A DNA stretch of 64,000 nucleotides from Trichosphaerium sp. ATCC 40318 (GCA_038496445.1 JALMLS010000579.1:62001-126000), one strand, 5' to 3'; shown: positions 38,977 through 51,824, counted from the first letter of the stretch. Translations and numbers: made by a program. The notes: generated by a model not told the origin, from the sequence alone.

Positions 38977-41900
38977 ATGTCTTCGAAAGGTATTATTTGG
39001 CGTTTTTGAGGTGATTTTAACGTATAATAAGGTGGTAAAAAGCGTAATTGGAGTAAAAGTGATCGAGCGAAACTAAAAGCAAAAAAAAAGCAACGAGCAA
39101 TAAAAGCACGGGAAGAGAAGCGATTACAACAAGATTCCACTCGAGAAAGAAAAAAAGATGACCCAATGGACGAGGACTTCAATGACTACAACGACGGTTT
39201 CATTGCGGACGTAGTCGCTAATGCAGACAACCTCCCATGGACTAAATCAGAAATTGAACCTGCAATGTTTGTCGGTGCTAAACTAACCGGTTTCGGTGGT
39301 CTACTAGAAGAATTTGACCCTGCAGAGTATCAAAAAATGCTTGACAGCAAAAAACGTAAAAGAGGTTCAAACGGTGCTTCAGACGAAAAAAAAGCAAAGA
39401 AACAGAAGTCAGTGCGTATTAAGAAAGAGTATATTGCTGCGCACGTTATTTATGGTAAAAGTACTGAACTTCATACAAAACTACCAAGTACAAAAAATAT
39501 CCTTGTACTCACCAAAAATGGCTTTGAAGTACTCATGCAGTATAACACTAAAATGTCTTACGTCATACGCATCCATAAAACAGAAATATCATCAATCACG
39601 TTCTCTAAGGGTCAAGTACGTAGCAAACCAAACAAACCAATAATGCTTCATTTTGGCACATGTCAGTTTTTTTTTTTTTAAAGACTTCGAAAATTGATTA
39701 CACTACCTTCTCTGTTCTCTCTTTAGTTTTTTTTAATACTAATGATCTGTTAGTTGTCCACTGATATATATATAAAAACAATAAAACCAATGTCGCTAAG
39801 AAATGGACCAAAAGGAGAATATGGACCAACAAAGAAAGCTCCATTTTATGCTGATTGTGATAAGAAAGGAACAAGAATAGTTCAAATTATATTCGATAAA
39901 GAACGTCTTGAAGGTCATATTCAAGGTATAATTAGTAAACACCAACTCCACAGCGTTAGTAAAGTAGCAGACGCAGAAGGTACGTATAGCACAAAGTGAC
40001 ATAAAACGAAATTTGTTTTATACCATCACTAGTAAAAAACCTTCAAAAACTAAACTTCTTTGATATAGAGGACATTGGTGATGAGCTTATTGATCAATAT
40101 GAAAATCATGAAGTACCTGATATTGATACAATCGAAATAGAACCAAAGGACGAAGAACGTAAGAAAGGAAATCATCAAAGAATTGTTTTTTTAACTTTTC
40201 TAAAATAGTAATGCAGAATTGGTCTAATATTGGCCTTGGAAAAGAAATTCAACTGGTAACTTATCTCGTTTGGTTTCCCTGTTTTTAATGACTATATAGG
40301 CTATGAGAGATGCTGGGTTTAATGGTCCTACTGATATACAACAGAGATCTGCTGTAGCAGCTTTACAACAGAAGAAAGATATCATAGGAGCAGCTCAAAC
40401 AGTACGTCACTAATATCTTTGCTCTTTTAGTTGTTTTATATACTAACTCTATTCTAACCTATAGGGTTCTGGTAAAACACTTGCGTTTGGACTACCAATT
40501 GTACAAAGATTAGTCTGGGATAACGACATTAATGCCACAAAAGTAGATAAATCAGAACGCTTCTTGAAGGTACAGAAAATAGAGCTTTTTTTTTTGGTTC
40601 TCTTACACCGTTGACGCTCAAGGTTTGGGTGTCTCGTTCCACGCGTTATATCCAAATACTTTATAGTAACTAAGTACAATCCCCTAGGCAATTATCATTA
40701 CACATAATCGAGAACTCGCCATCCAAATTACTGAACATTTGCGAGTTGCAGCAAAGTACACTAAAATAGGTGTTTTTCCACTTGTTGGTGGTATCTCAGT
40801 TTATAAACAGTATCGTTTTATAAGATACCATCCAGATATTGTAGTGGGTACACCTGGACGTATTTGGTTTCATATGAAGCACGGTGTATGTCACAACATG
40901 TCATGTTTAAAGTGATATAATAATCAATTTTAGGAGACTTCATTCTTATCAGATTTGACTCGTCTCAAGTTTATTGTGCTTGATGAAGCAGATCAAATGA
41001 TTAAAAGCGATCACTACAGGGAATTAACAATGATACTTTCAGCATTACCAAAATCAGTAACGTACGTCATAGATTCTTTCTATAAAGCTTGTTGTAAACG
41101 AAAAATCTTTAATTGCAGAATGTCTTTCTTTCTCTTTTTGTCGGCTTTGTTTTCTTGTAGAAGTCATATAATATTTTAATACGATTGTATAGTACACAAA
41201 GAAAGGAGAAACAAATAAAAATTGAAGCTAATAAGGAAGCTACATTACGATTTTTCGATACAGCTGAAAACCCATTATTATCAAATGAAGATAAATTGAT
41301 TTCAAAGTTGGAGAAGTCTGAGGGCAAGAGTTTAGAAAAAGTAAGTACTAATGCCCTAATATATATTATGTATTTACTATCGCAAAACTAATTCATGAAA
41401 AGCTTGAACAGAGGGAAGATGAAGATAAGAACATTATGTCATTTTTTGATATGGATGATGAAAATGCTGATTTTAAAGCGCCAATGCGTACGTTGTATTA
41501 TCACGTGTTATAATATTTTAATAATTTAAAATAGATACTGCCGTTGCCAAGCATAAGAGACAGATATTTGTCTACTCAGCCACATTGACTCTTGATCCAG
41601 AAGCAAGAAAACAAGTACGTTATTTATTTGCAAGAAATTAAAAACAAGCCACAAACTCTGGTTTTATCCTTTCCTTTAACTGTCGTATTAACATTTATTT
41701 TTCAAAAGAATCCTAAAGATGTTGTTTCTACAAAAGTAAAGAGAATTGCAGATGATCTTTCTATACTTGGTGCGTTGTTTTTTTTGTTTTTTTTGAACTT
41801 TCTGGACGAACAAGAAATCTCATTTCTTCATCTCTAGAGCACTTGGTCAGTTTTTTGCACTTTGAACGGCCAAAAGCTATTATTGATTTAACAAACAAGA

Positions 41901-43099
41901 AGCACCCTCTAGCGGACTCTCTTTTCGAAGCCAAGATACCTTGCTTAAAAGATGAGAAGGTAACTAATCGCAAAAAAACATGCACAAAGAAAAGTGTAAA
42001 GCACTGTATACAATCTTGTTGACATTGTTCTTTTTAGGAGATTATGCTTGCTTACTTTTTATTCAAATACAAAGGACGCAGTATTGTATTTACAAACGCT
42101 GTTAGCGCTGCAAAGCGTGTTGCTGCAGTCCTTACACTACTTGAAGTACCTGTATATCGTATGTATGCCGACTTGGAACAAAGAGCACGTCTCACAAATT
42201 TGGACTCTTTCAAGAAGAGTGAGTGGGGTGTTATTGTGGCAACAGATGTACTTGGTAGAGGTGTTGATGTTCCACTCGTTGATCACGTGCTTCACTATCA
42301 AGTTCCTCGTACAACAGAGGTACTAAACCCAGTTGCATTTGATTGGCTAACCTTTTTAACAGACGTACATTCACAGAAGTGGAAGAACAGCACGTGCTGG
42401 AAAAGAAGGATTGAGTGTTATTCTTCTATCTCCTGAAGATGTTAAACTATATAGACGACTTTGCTTCGTATTAGCAAGTGGTAAGAATCGTTATTTGTCA
42501 TCTTTTGTTTTGCGAAAAAAAGTTTATCTTACGCTTTTGAATAGAACGTATCAAGGATTTCCCTATTGATCAACGATACATATTTAAGATAAAGAAAGCT
42601 GTTAAAATAGCTACAGAAATGGAACTTATTATGTGGCAGAAAACAAAGGTAACGATACCATCCGCCCTTCAAAAAACAAGAACTAACTTTTATAACAGAA
42701 TTCTTTACTGGAAAGAAACGAAGACGAGATGGCGTCAGCAATAGGTATTGCAACTGAAAAGTACGTCCAAACTACATACCATTAAGGGGAACAATGTCAT
42801 ATTTATAAACATTCAATAGAGATGATAGAGAGTTCGAAGGATACGAATCTTCTGATGAGGAAGATGAAATGACTTACAGAGAAATGCAACGTGAGAAAAA
42901 ATCAAGAAAGAACTTATGGAAAAAATCAAAACAACTGTCTGTAAAGTTAAAGGAAGCTCTAAGTGATGACCTACTTCCAAAGGGTATAGATAAAGCTACA
43001 AAGATTCGTATGCTTTATAGAAGAAAACAACAGAAAAACTACAAGTCAAGAGCAATAGAAGACTTGAAAAATGGTTTAGTTTATCAAGCACCATTCTAA
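38977..43099 (+). CDS. DDX24: DEAD-box RNA helicase, DDX24/Mak5-like
   Basis: PTDIQ, DIIGAAQT|GSGKTLAFGLPI, GTPGR, VLDEAD, YSATL, ATDVLGRGVD, YIHRSGRTARAG. Also has the N-terminal GFGGLLEE motif and a charged insert after DEAD, as in Mak5. Confidence 0.88.
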
Positions 43100-43606
43100 T
43101 TTGTTCACATTAAAAAAAATAAATAGTCTCCTCCACAACAACATTACCACCAATGACTACAACATCTACTACTGTAATACAAACAACCTTCAAACAATAC
43201 AGCAGCCCAACATTCTTGTCAGTAACGTCAAGTTAGTAATCAACCTCTACAAAACTTGACTTACTGTCCACTTTTGTACACAATCTGTCAGCAAGCAAAG
43301 TACACTGCCTTACTCTGATAACAAATGAGAGTGATTTTTGATTAATCTGACACGTTAGAGTAAATATAGCGAGGCCGTAGCATAGGAGATGTTTTTTAGA
43401 TACAGAGTAGTATCTAGACAATTTACTGTACTGACTGAGCATCTAGAATCTTGTAGTAGCCTTGTGGCACTATAATGACTTTCGTTTTGTTTTCGCAGAC
43501 ATAAGTTCAACCGGTACACAGACTGGAAAATGTAGCCAAATAAAGTCTCTTTTGTTCAACAAAAACTGTTCTACTCGTTCACAAAATACCGCCGTTACAA
43601 GTAATT

Positions 43607-44801
43607 ATGATCACTAACGCACCAGATGAACTGCTTAGGATAATGAGTGGTCTAGATGGACAAGTAAACAACTTTGCGATTGACATAGTTATTAATAGTT
43701 CTTAAGGTCTACAAGCTATGGCCTACATTGTCTAGACGGTTTGCTATCGCTTCTCGGTTCAATAAGCAGTTTAAAAAGCATGGTGAATGGAGACGCTACA
43801 AAACAGACGAAACACAACTTTTACGCGTCTGGAACTTCAGAAATGGCCAGCAGTGTGGCGAAGAAACGAACTGGTACAACAACGGCACCAAACAGAACGA
43901 ACTACTGTACGCGACATCCAAACGAGGAAAAGACTGCTTATTCACGTACAACGAATGGCGGAATAACGGCACTCTTCTTTTAAAGTCAACAAAAAAACAA
44001 GGAGTCTATACTGGAGAACGTACATACTGGAGAGAAGATGGAACACTTTGGGAGAGTTGTGTATTCCAAAACGGGAAAAAAAACGGACCTTACACTCTTC
44101 GGTCCCTCGACGGTGCCTTGGTAGCACAGGGTGTACACCAAGATAACTCCCTTGATTACAATGTTAAAGAGTACAGAAGTGGCGTTCTCATTTCAGAAAA
44201 GAAACAAGACGATAAAGGCACTGTAACACATACTAGGTACAAAATAACAGGTGGTATATCTCTTACATGTGTTAATTACACTGATGGCAAGGAAGTCTAT
44301 ACTACTTACCATGATAATGGTATTCAGTTTAATGTTAAGGTTTATAAGAAGGGTAGCCTTGTTGAAAACACTTCTTGGTATGAAAACGGTGTTATGAAGT
44401 CAACCCATACACTTGATAAAAAAGGAAAGCCAAAAGGTTGTGTGAGAAGTTGGCATGATGATGGTTCCTTGGCACATGAGAGCAATTTTGTTCGTGGAAA
44501 GATGGTTGGAAAGAGAATGTATTGGTATAGAGATGGTAGTGTGGAGAAGGAGTGGACATATGATGAGTTTGGTGACGCACAAGGTGAGATGTTTTGGGAC
44601 AACGGAAAAATAAAAGAAAGATGTTTTTATAAAGATGGTGAGGCTGTAGGATCGTTTGAACAGTTTAATAGAGATGGTATTATTTTGGAAGATAAGTTAA
44701 TAACAAAGAATGAGAAAGAAGAGTACTTGAAAAAGACTCTTGAACGTACAGAAAAGTGGAACAATAGGCGCAATCCTGATTGGGAAGAAAATCCAGAATG
44801 A
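43607..44801 (+). CDS. F-box-like N-terminus plus MORN-variant repeats (paralog-like to 25213 gene)
   Basis: MITNAPDELLRIMSGLDGQ|VYKLWPTLSRRF is followed by WY.NG/W..DG repeats. Confidence 0.85.
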
Positions 44802-45280
44802 CCAAAAAACAACTAAGATAGCCCACGCGCGATTTGCACTCCCAAGCCTACACTGGCTGAACATTGAAACTTGATAAGTGCTTCAACTATTACTGGTTTG
44901 GTACCATCAGTGATTTGTATCAAGTTTAGGTGTTGTAAGATTGCAGTATTCTTTGTTAATTGCACTTAATGATAAACATCAATTTTTTTTAGTTTTAAAA
45001 CCGCTTCAACGCTAAGTGACTTCACCATGTATCAACGTTATAAACAGTCGACTTCAGGCGCATGGGTTGTACTTCAAGCTCAATTTAATGTCTCCACATT
45101 TACGATTGTGTTGTCTTAACTAATTGAAACATGTTACTAATATCTGGCACTTTGTGTAAGAGTAGTATTTCGAGTTGTTTGGGTTATCCATCATATTGTT
45201 TAGTTGTCTATTTTATGATGTATTTTTTTTTGGCTGAATTGTCGTTCACCGTGACTAACTCATTCTTTTCGAAATCCAAG

Positions 45281-45425
45281 GTACAAGGAGTGCAAGAAAA
45301 GGAGTCACAACTTACCAACAGTACCAACAGTGACAACAGCGGATTATAAACTACGCTGTTTTCTTGTTGGTGAAATTCTTACAACAGAAAAGAATTATAT
45401 CAATAATCTACGAAAACTCCAAACA
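45281..45425 (+). pseudogene. RhoGEF (DH) first-helix fragment
   Basis: LRCFLVGEILTTEKNYINNLRKL followed by a GTACGT donor. Downstream sequence closes quickly and has no DH continuation. Confidence 0.55.
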
Positions 45426-46280
45426 GTACGTCCAATTTCTTCATTTTTTTTCCTGAGTTTTGTGCCTCTCATTGTCATTTCTTTTGCTCACAATTTTATT
45501 AGGTTTCAAGACCTGCCGCTCTCTTGCTTATTGTATCCTAAATTACCCAGTACTACACTGGACTGTAGGTACGCGAGGCATCACCACACATTACCTTGTA
45601 AAGCTACGGTGCTTTATCCAGGTGAACATTTCCCAGGCAGCAAATTCTAAGTGAGCACAAACTATCTCGAGCTGTACTTCTCTCAAAGTCCTATGAAATA
45701 GAGGACTGACCTCATGAAGCTGAATGAGATTTACTCGTGCTCAAACAATCTATTCAACGAGAGGCCTAGAAGCACCTAAGAAAGGAGAAAGTTAACAGCA
45801 AAATCATTACTTACCAATGGGGTAAATGTCTGAAACATTCAGACATCAATGAGGGCTATATTAGATCACTTTGATAGTAAATAGGCGGGAGTTGATGTAA
45901 AGCTATTGACGTTTGTATTCATTTTAACGTGAATACACAAATGCACCATGGTAGTTTTATGTGAAAGCACAAGGATACTCAAAGATTATTGGTTTATTTT
46001 TTTCAAGAATTTGTTGAGAACACGTGAAATTAAACGTGACACTTGACATGATTTATTGCGAGGTGACAAAAGCTGTTATTAATAAGAAAGCACATATTCG
46101 TTATGGGAGGTACCACATTGTATGTTACGACAACTCACATGATGTGCTGTATGTTCCTTTTAACTATTAACTCAGAAGTCAAACCAAATCTGTTTGTGTG
46201 GCCAAAACAGTTTTTTTATTTTACTGTTATTCGCCTTATTGAATGAATTCCTGACTGTAATTTTTTAGAGTGCAGAAAAA

Positions 46281-46853
46281 ATGTGTTCTTCTTTGCTGGA
46301 TCTCCCACATGAGCTTCAAGAGTAGTAATATATTTGCACTTTAGTGTTGATACCCTCACAAAATTCCATACACTGTCTAAACGAGCAGCAACTAACACCC
46401 ATTTTGATGAAGCATTGGAGAGGAAAGGGAAATGAATTAGATGGTATAAAAGTGGTAGAGTACAGACTCACTTATGCAACAAATGGATTGTGTAAAGAGT
46501 GGTATGAGAGTCAACAACTTATGATACAATACATGGTAGTAGATGGTAAAGAAAATGGCCTACGCAAAGAGCGGCATGAAAACGGATAGCTAGAGGTACT
46601 GAGTATGTGGGTGGATGACAAGCTAAATGAAGAATTTATAGAGTGGTATGAACAGTGGAAAAATCAAAGATTGATGATAAACTAAGAATGTAAAGAGTAT
46701 GAAAACGGGCAACTAAAAGCTCAAACTCACTGGGCTGATGATAAACTAAACGGTGACTACAAATTTTGGGAAGAAAACGGGCAACTAAATGAACATAGCA
46801 TGTGGGTAGATGATACCAAACAATACTCAAGAGTACAACATGAAATAGGGTGA
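46281..46853 (+). pseudogene. Degenerate F-box-like/MORN-variant gene
   Basis: MCSSLLDLPHELQ then stops and frameshifts. Remnants include IRWYKSG, EWYESQQL, HENG*L, YENGQLK and YKFWEENGQL. Confidence 0.8.
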
Positions 46854-47023
46854 TATTGACCGCTTTTGTCACAGCATGATGCACTCACAAATCCTTGTAT
46901 ATTCAAGTGTTTACAAATAAAGCAAGAAGAATCGGAAAATGGGCTATTACAACTTTACCTTTTGAGAAAAAAAAATCCAGAGAAAAAAGTCAGTTCCTGT
47001 CAAGTTCCGTTAGAGGCAACAGG

Positions 47024-49661
47024 ATGACAGATCTTTTTCCCGTTGTTGATGGTTTAGATGCTTTTACGCCCTTCCCAGGTGACTGAGAGATAGGCTTAAA
47101 TAGTAAAGCAGTAATTAACGTTAAAACAGAGCTTGTGGATGATATCGATCTGGGGTTTACAAATCACGTTGATCATGCTTCATACGAGCCAGATACAGAT
47201 ACAACAGACGCCAGGTACGATTATGCGCTTGCCTAAATAAAACAAATCAAAAAACCCTTGCCCCCGGCTTACCTCTCCTGTAGGCCATCTCCTGAACCTA
47301 TACCTGATGAAATATATATTGGGCTTTACCAAAAACGACGTAACTCACGCGAATGGGTAGAAATAGTTGAAGGAGATCAAATACGAGTCACAAAATCAAT
47401 CGGGTAAAAAAAGTTAAAGTTCGGTTTTTTTTGGTAATTTGAAGGTTGGACACTAAAAAATCACGTGCTACCAAACGGTTTTAATTTTTTACGCCACTAC
47501 AGAATGCTTATATTATTTTCTTGTAGAAAACGCCTACAGATCCGTATTAGTGCTCATTTTCCGTTTAAAAAAGAGAACATATTGCTTTACCTTTTGGAGA
47601 GCAAGGATAATGATATAACAAGTATACCATTTATTTATGATGCAGATTTATGGACGTTTAAGAATACAGAAGAAGGTTACCTTGCAGAAAACGATGTAAA
47701 AGTTGAACACGCTTCGCGGTACGGGCACCTTAGCGTCAGTTTTTTTTTGTTTTTTCAACGATTGACAAAACGCTTCTACTATTTATTGTGCGTTGTGCTG
47801 AGTGTTGTTTTTTTCCTTTTAGTAAGGGCTATCTTCAATACCATGTGAACTTGTCAGATACAGGAGTAGGACATTCTGTAGTATTTCAGACACATGATAG
47901 CGGAAAGAAACCAAAGAAATTAAACGTTTCAAAACGAGATGGTGGATATATTTCATTTGCTTCCAAAAAAAGAAAACTGGATAAATGTACTGACAATATA
48001 TCACGTGAGAACGTCCACGTTATTCCAAGGTCATTACACGTTGACGTACGCTTAAAATCGAACAAACTCTGATTTAACGGATTTCACTATTTTGTGGATG
48101 TAAAAATAAGCTTATTTTTCTTTCGCAGGGTTCAGTATCAGCACAGTCTTTTTACAAGTTTTCTGATGTTCGTTTGAAAACTAATATTAAAGATCTTCAA
48201 GATCCTTTACCTACGCTAATGAAACTTAATGGTAAACGATATGAATGGGGAGGACAAGAAGCATCACAATTGGGTTCGTCTTTTTTTTACAGTTTTGAGG
48301 AAATTACACAAAGGCGTAATGCGTTTAAGTTTATTAATCGGAAAACGTATAGGTCTAGATGGCGGGAAGGAGATGTATGGATTTCTAGCTCAAGATATCG
48401 AACAGTAAGTCAGAATTAAATATGAAATAAGAAAAGTGTTTAAACCTGATGTCCTTTCAGGCATGCACCTTCTTGTGTAATGGACGATGAAGCAATGGGT
48501 CTTAAAGTTGTAGATTATACTGGTATAATACCATTACTTGTTGAAGCGTTCAAGACACGTGTTGAAGATGTTGATAAAGACAGAGAAAAAATGCATAAAC
48601 AACTTGATGAAGTTTCACGTGTTACAAAATACTTAAAATCTCTCGCTGTTATTGATAGAACACAAACACCTAGAGATGATCATAAAGATAAAACTAATCT
48701 TTTAAAATCATCGAAATCATCAAAATCATCAAAATCAACAAAAGAAAGCGAAGAGTCTGAAGAAGATAAACCAAAAAGAAAGGTACGAGTTTTAGGTTGA
48801 AGAAATATTTATTGATTTTTTTTTTCCTCTCAGGCTGACAATCGTCGCCCTTCCTTCAGTGTCTTAGCACGTATGAAAAGAGAAAGTGGAAGTGGTGGAA
48901 TGGCCGGTTTTAGGTCAAGTATATCAAGCAGTCTAAGCTCACGTATTGGGAGATCTACACGGTCGTCTAGTGTAGTAAAATCACCGGTAAATTTGTTTTC
49001 CCCTTGTTATTAGAAATCACATACGAAAGTTAACTTTTTTGTTTCTCAGGATGTGTTGTCCTCTGAGGAACCTATGACTGAACTAGAGGTTTCTGGATCA
49101 GAGCCAACAAGTCACAGCAGTCATAGCAAAACAATAGAAAAAATGAGCCAAAGGCAGAAACACTTCAATTCGTTCCAGAAGATAAAAAAGAAAAATACAA
49201 AGATCCCAAAGAAGGAAAAGAAAGAAAAAAAAGAGAAGAAACAAGTCGTGATCCCAAGATCAACAAAACCAACACGTGTTCATGTGAAGGGAGATAAAAC
49301 CAAAAAGAATCCCGTGGTAGACACAAACTTGACGAAACCTACAACAACAGCACGAAAAATGCCTCCAAAACCATTACCAAAACCGAAGAAAAAATCGACA
49401 AAACCGGAAAAGCAGCAGCCAGTTGTTTCTCCACAACCAATCCCGGTGCCTGTCAATGCACCCACCGTAGCTAAAACGCAAGTACGACGAAGTAATACGC
49501 AAAAAAATAGACTGGAAGCGAAACGAGCTCGTAAGCCGCGGGAAATGGATTTTGCCGCCGTAGGTGCTTCTCCAATATCTTATCTATGCATAAACATCGC
49601 TGTAAAAGCATGGAAGCGCTTCTCTCATGAATCTCAGGAAAATAAAGTTCGGAGCCGCTAA
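47024..49661 (+). CDS. Peptidase S74 / intramolecular-chaperone autoprocessing (ICA) domain protein, MYRF-like layout
   Basis: GSVSAQSFYKFSDVRLKTNIKDL..LMKLNGKRYEW..YGFLAQDIE..VDYTGIIPLLVEAFK followed by a coiled coil. A globular domain and KKRK lie upstream. Confidence 0.88.
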
Positions 49662-49861
49662 ATGTGTCCGAAAATAGTGTGAAATAAAGTAAATTGTATA
49701 TTCCGAATAACCAAACGCAATTTGCAAGTAATACAAGTACGAAATTGCGGAAAAATTTCAGATCGGGATCTTAAGTCATGGCTTGTTAAGTTTAGGAGAA
49801 AAGTTATCGCTACAACGCACTTTCATATTCCCGAGAAGTGTAGCAACAACACATCATCAAC

Positions 49862-50977
49862 ATGCATCAAAATAAACTCAAAGTAGGCATTGTAGTATGC
49901 TTCGTAATGGCTGCTCTACTTTTCGCTGTACGTTCACTAGTAAAACGCTGAACGCTAACAACCGCTCTAGACAGTATTTGTAGCGCTACCATCACAAAAC
50001 AAAAAGAGACACCACTTTGCTCCTCTACCTCAAAAAGTAGACTCATTCACAACGCTTAGAAGGTACGTATCCATAACACCGTTCGCTTTACGAGCTTTTC
50101 CACTCAATTCCCCACCTTTCTAGAAAACTTGTGTTTTCTGTCCCAGGAAGAGTTGAAGTTGAGAGACACGCTGTTATTCTACCAGACGGAGAGATAGAAG
50201 ACAACTGGTTATGGGTAAGCTTTCTTTGTTTAAATTCTCCGCTAATTTTGCGTATTTTTAATTTATCGCTACTATACGCTATTACGCGTTTAATATACAT
50301 GTATCGTATAGTAGTCGGGTGAATACACTAATACTTGAGCGTGGTAGCGCCTTTAACCAAAAAAAGCTCAGCGTTCCCATTTCTGTGATCAGAATGCTGT
50401 TTTTCCGTTGCTACAGAAAATCCATTTTATCGCTTTTTTCTGTATATACTTACTGTATTAAAGGTGCTTACGCCAAGTTTTGTAAACATTATGGCTCTGA
50501 CTGAAGACAACAAAGTAATTATTTTCAAACAAGAAAAATACGCCACAGGTACGTTAGAAATCGCTCATTCAGTAGGAGTTTGTGAGTTTTAACGCAACTA
50601 ACTTTTTTTCAGATGGATTCTCACTAGCGGCTCCTGGAGGACACGTAGAACCAGGTGAAGAGTCTCTACCTGCTGCAAAGCGTGAACTAGTAGAAGAAAC
50701 AGGCTACGCTTCAGATGAATGGCATTTCTTGGGAGAATACACAATGGACGCTAATAGAGGCGTTGGTAAAGGTTATTTATACCTTGCACTCGACGCGAAG
50801 AAGGTTCAGGAGAAAATGTCAGAGGGAGATGTTGAAAAACAAGAAATGATGCTTCTCACTCTTGAAGAGTTAGAAGAAGCGATTCTAGACAACAAAATGC
50901 AAGTTCTATCATGGTCTGCTACTATGACAATGGGTTTGATGAAGCTCAAGCAACTACAACGCACAAGAACAGCATGA
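49862..50977 (+). CDS. Nudix hydrolase (ADP-ribose pyrophosphatase/NudF-like) with N-terminal signal anchor
   Basis: Nudix box GGHVEPGEESLPAAKRELVEETGY. N-terminus KVGIVVCFVMAALLFA|TVFVAL. Confidence 0.9.
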
Positions 50978-51824
50978 ATATATAAATCACAACAAAAACA
51001 CTAAAGAGGAGGTGTGAACGCTATTACTATTTGTTTTACAGCGTTAGAAATGACGTTGACGTCAAAACAAATAGTTTTTTTTTAAAAACTGTATAATAGA
51101 GCCAAAAAGTAAATAAACAATAATAATTGGCGCTAGCGTAAGCGCTCCTATGTATTTTCTGTACATTCATGTCACATGAGAAAAGAGTGAAAAAAAAAGC
51201 GTGGACCACTTTCCTTTTTTAAACGAGCCTGACGTGCTGTGACAACATTTAAAAAAAAAATTGGTTCTCAATACCAATGGTTTCACGTGGTTATGTTGGC
51301 GTCATGTGCTCAACTTGCTGGTTTTCACGAGCATAAATGTGAAAAAGAAAAATCAATGTGAGGCTAAATATCAAAGACCCTTCTTACAATACATCAATGC
51401 GGCTCAGACAGAAAGGATACCGGGAAAACTATTGTGATACTTCTTCTTTGAAACACAAGGTGTAACGTTATGCAAATCATATGATGTTTTTTTTGCCTAT
51501 GGATATTGTGGTTTGGCTTCATAAAAAACATGGATTACAAGGTCCTTTCCATTTTAATCAGAACAAAAAACTGATTGAATTTTACAAAGTCTCCAAGTAG
51601 CAAGTCATGTTGGTGCTATACTCGCTGTCGAACCTCCAGTATTTACAGTATTCTATTACAGAATCATGGAAGGAAATCAGTGATGTTCACAGCTTTTTCC
51701 AACAAATACATTAGTAAATAAGCAAATAATTTATTTCAGGTAGAGAGAAACTTACAAACAAACAAAAAAAAAATATCACAATTTCATTTGATCAACCCTT
51801 TCTTCAATCTCTTTCCACCCCCAC

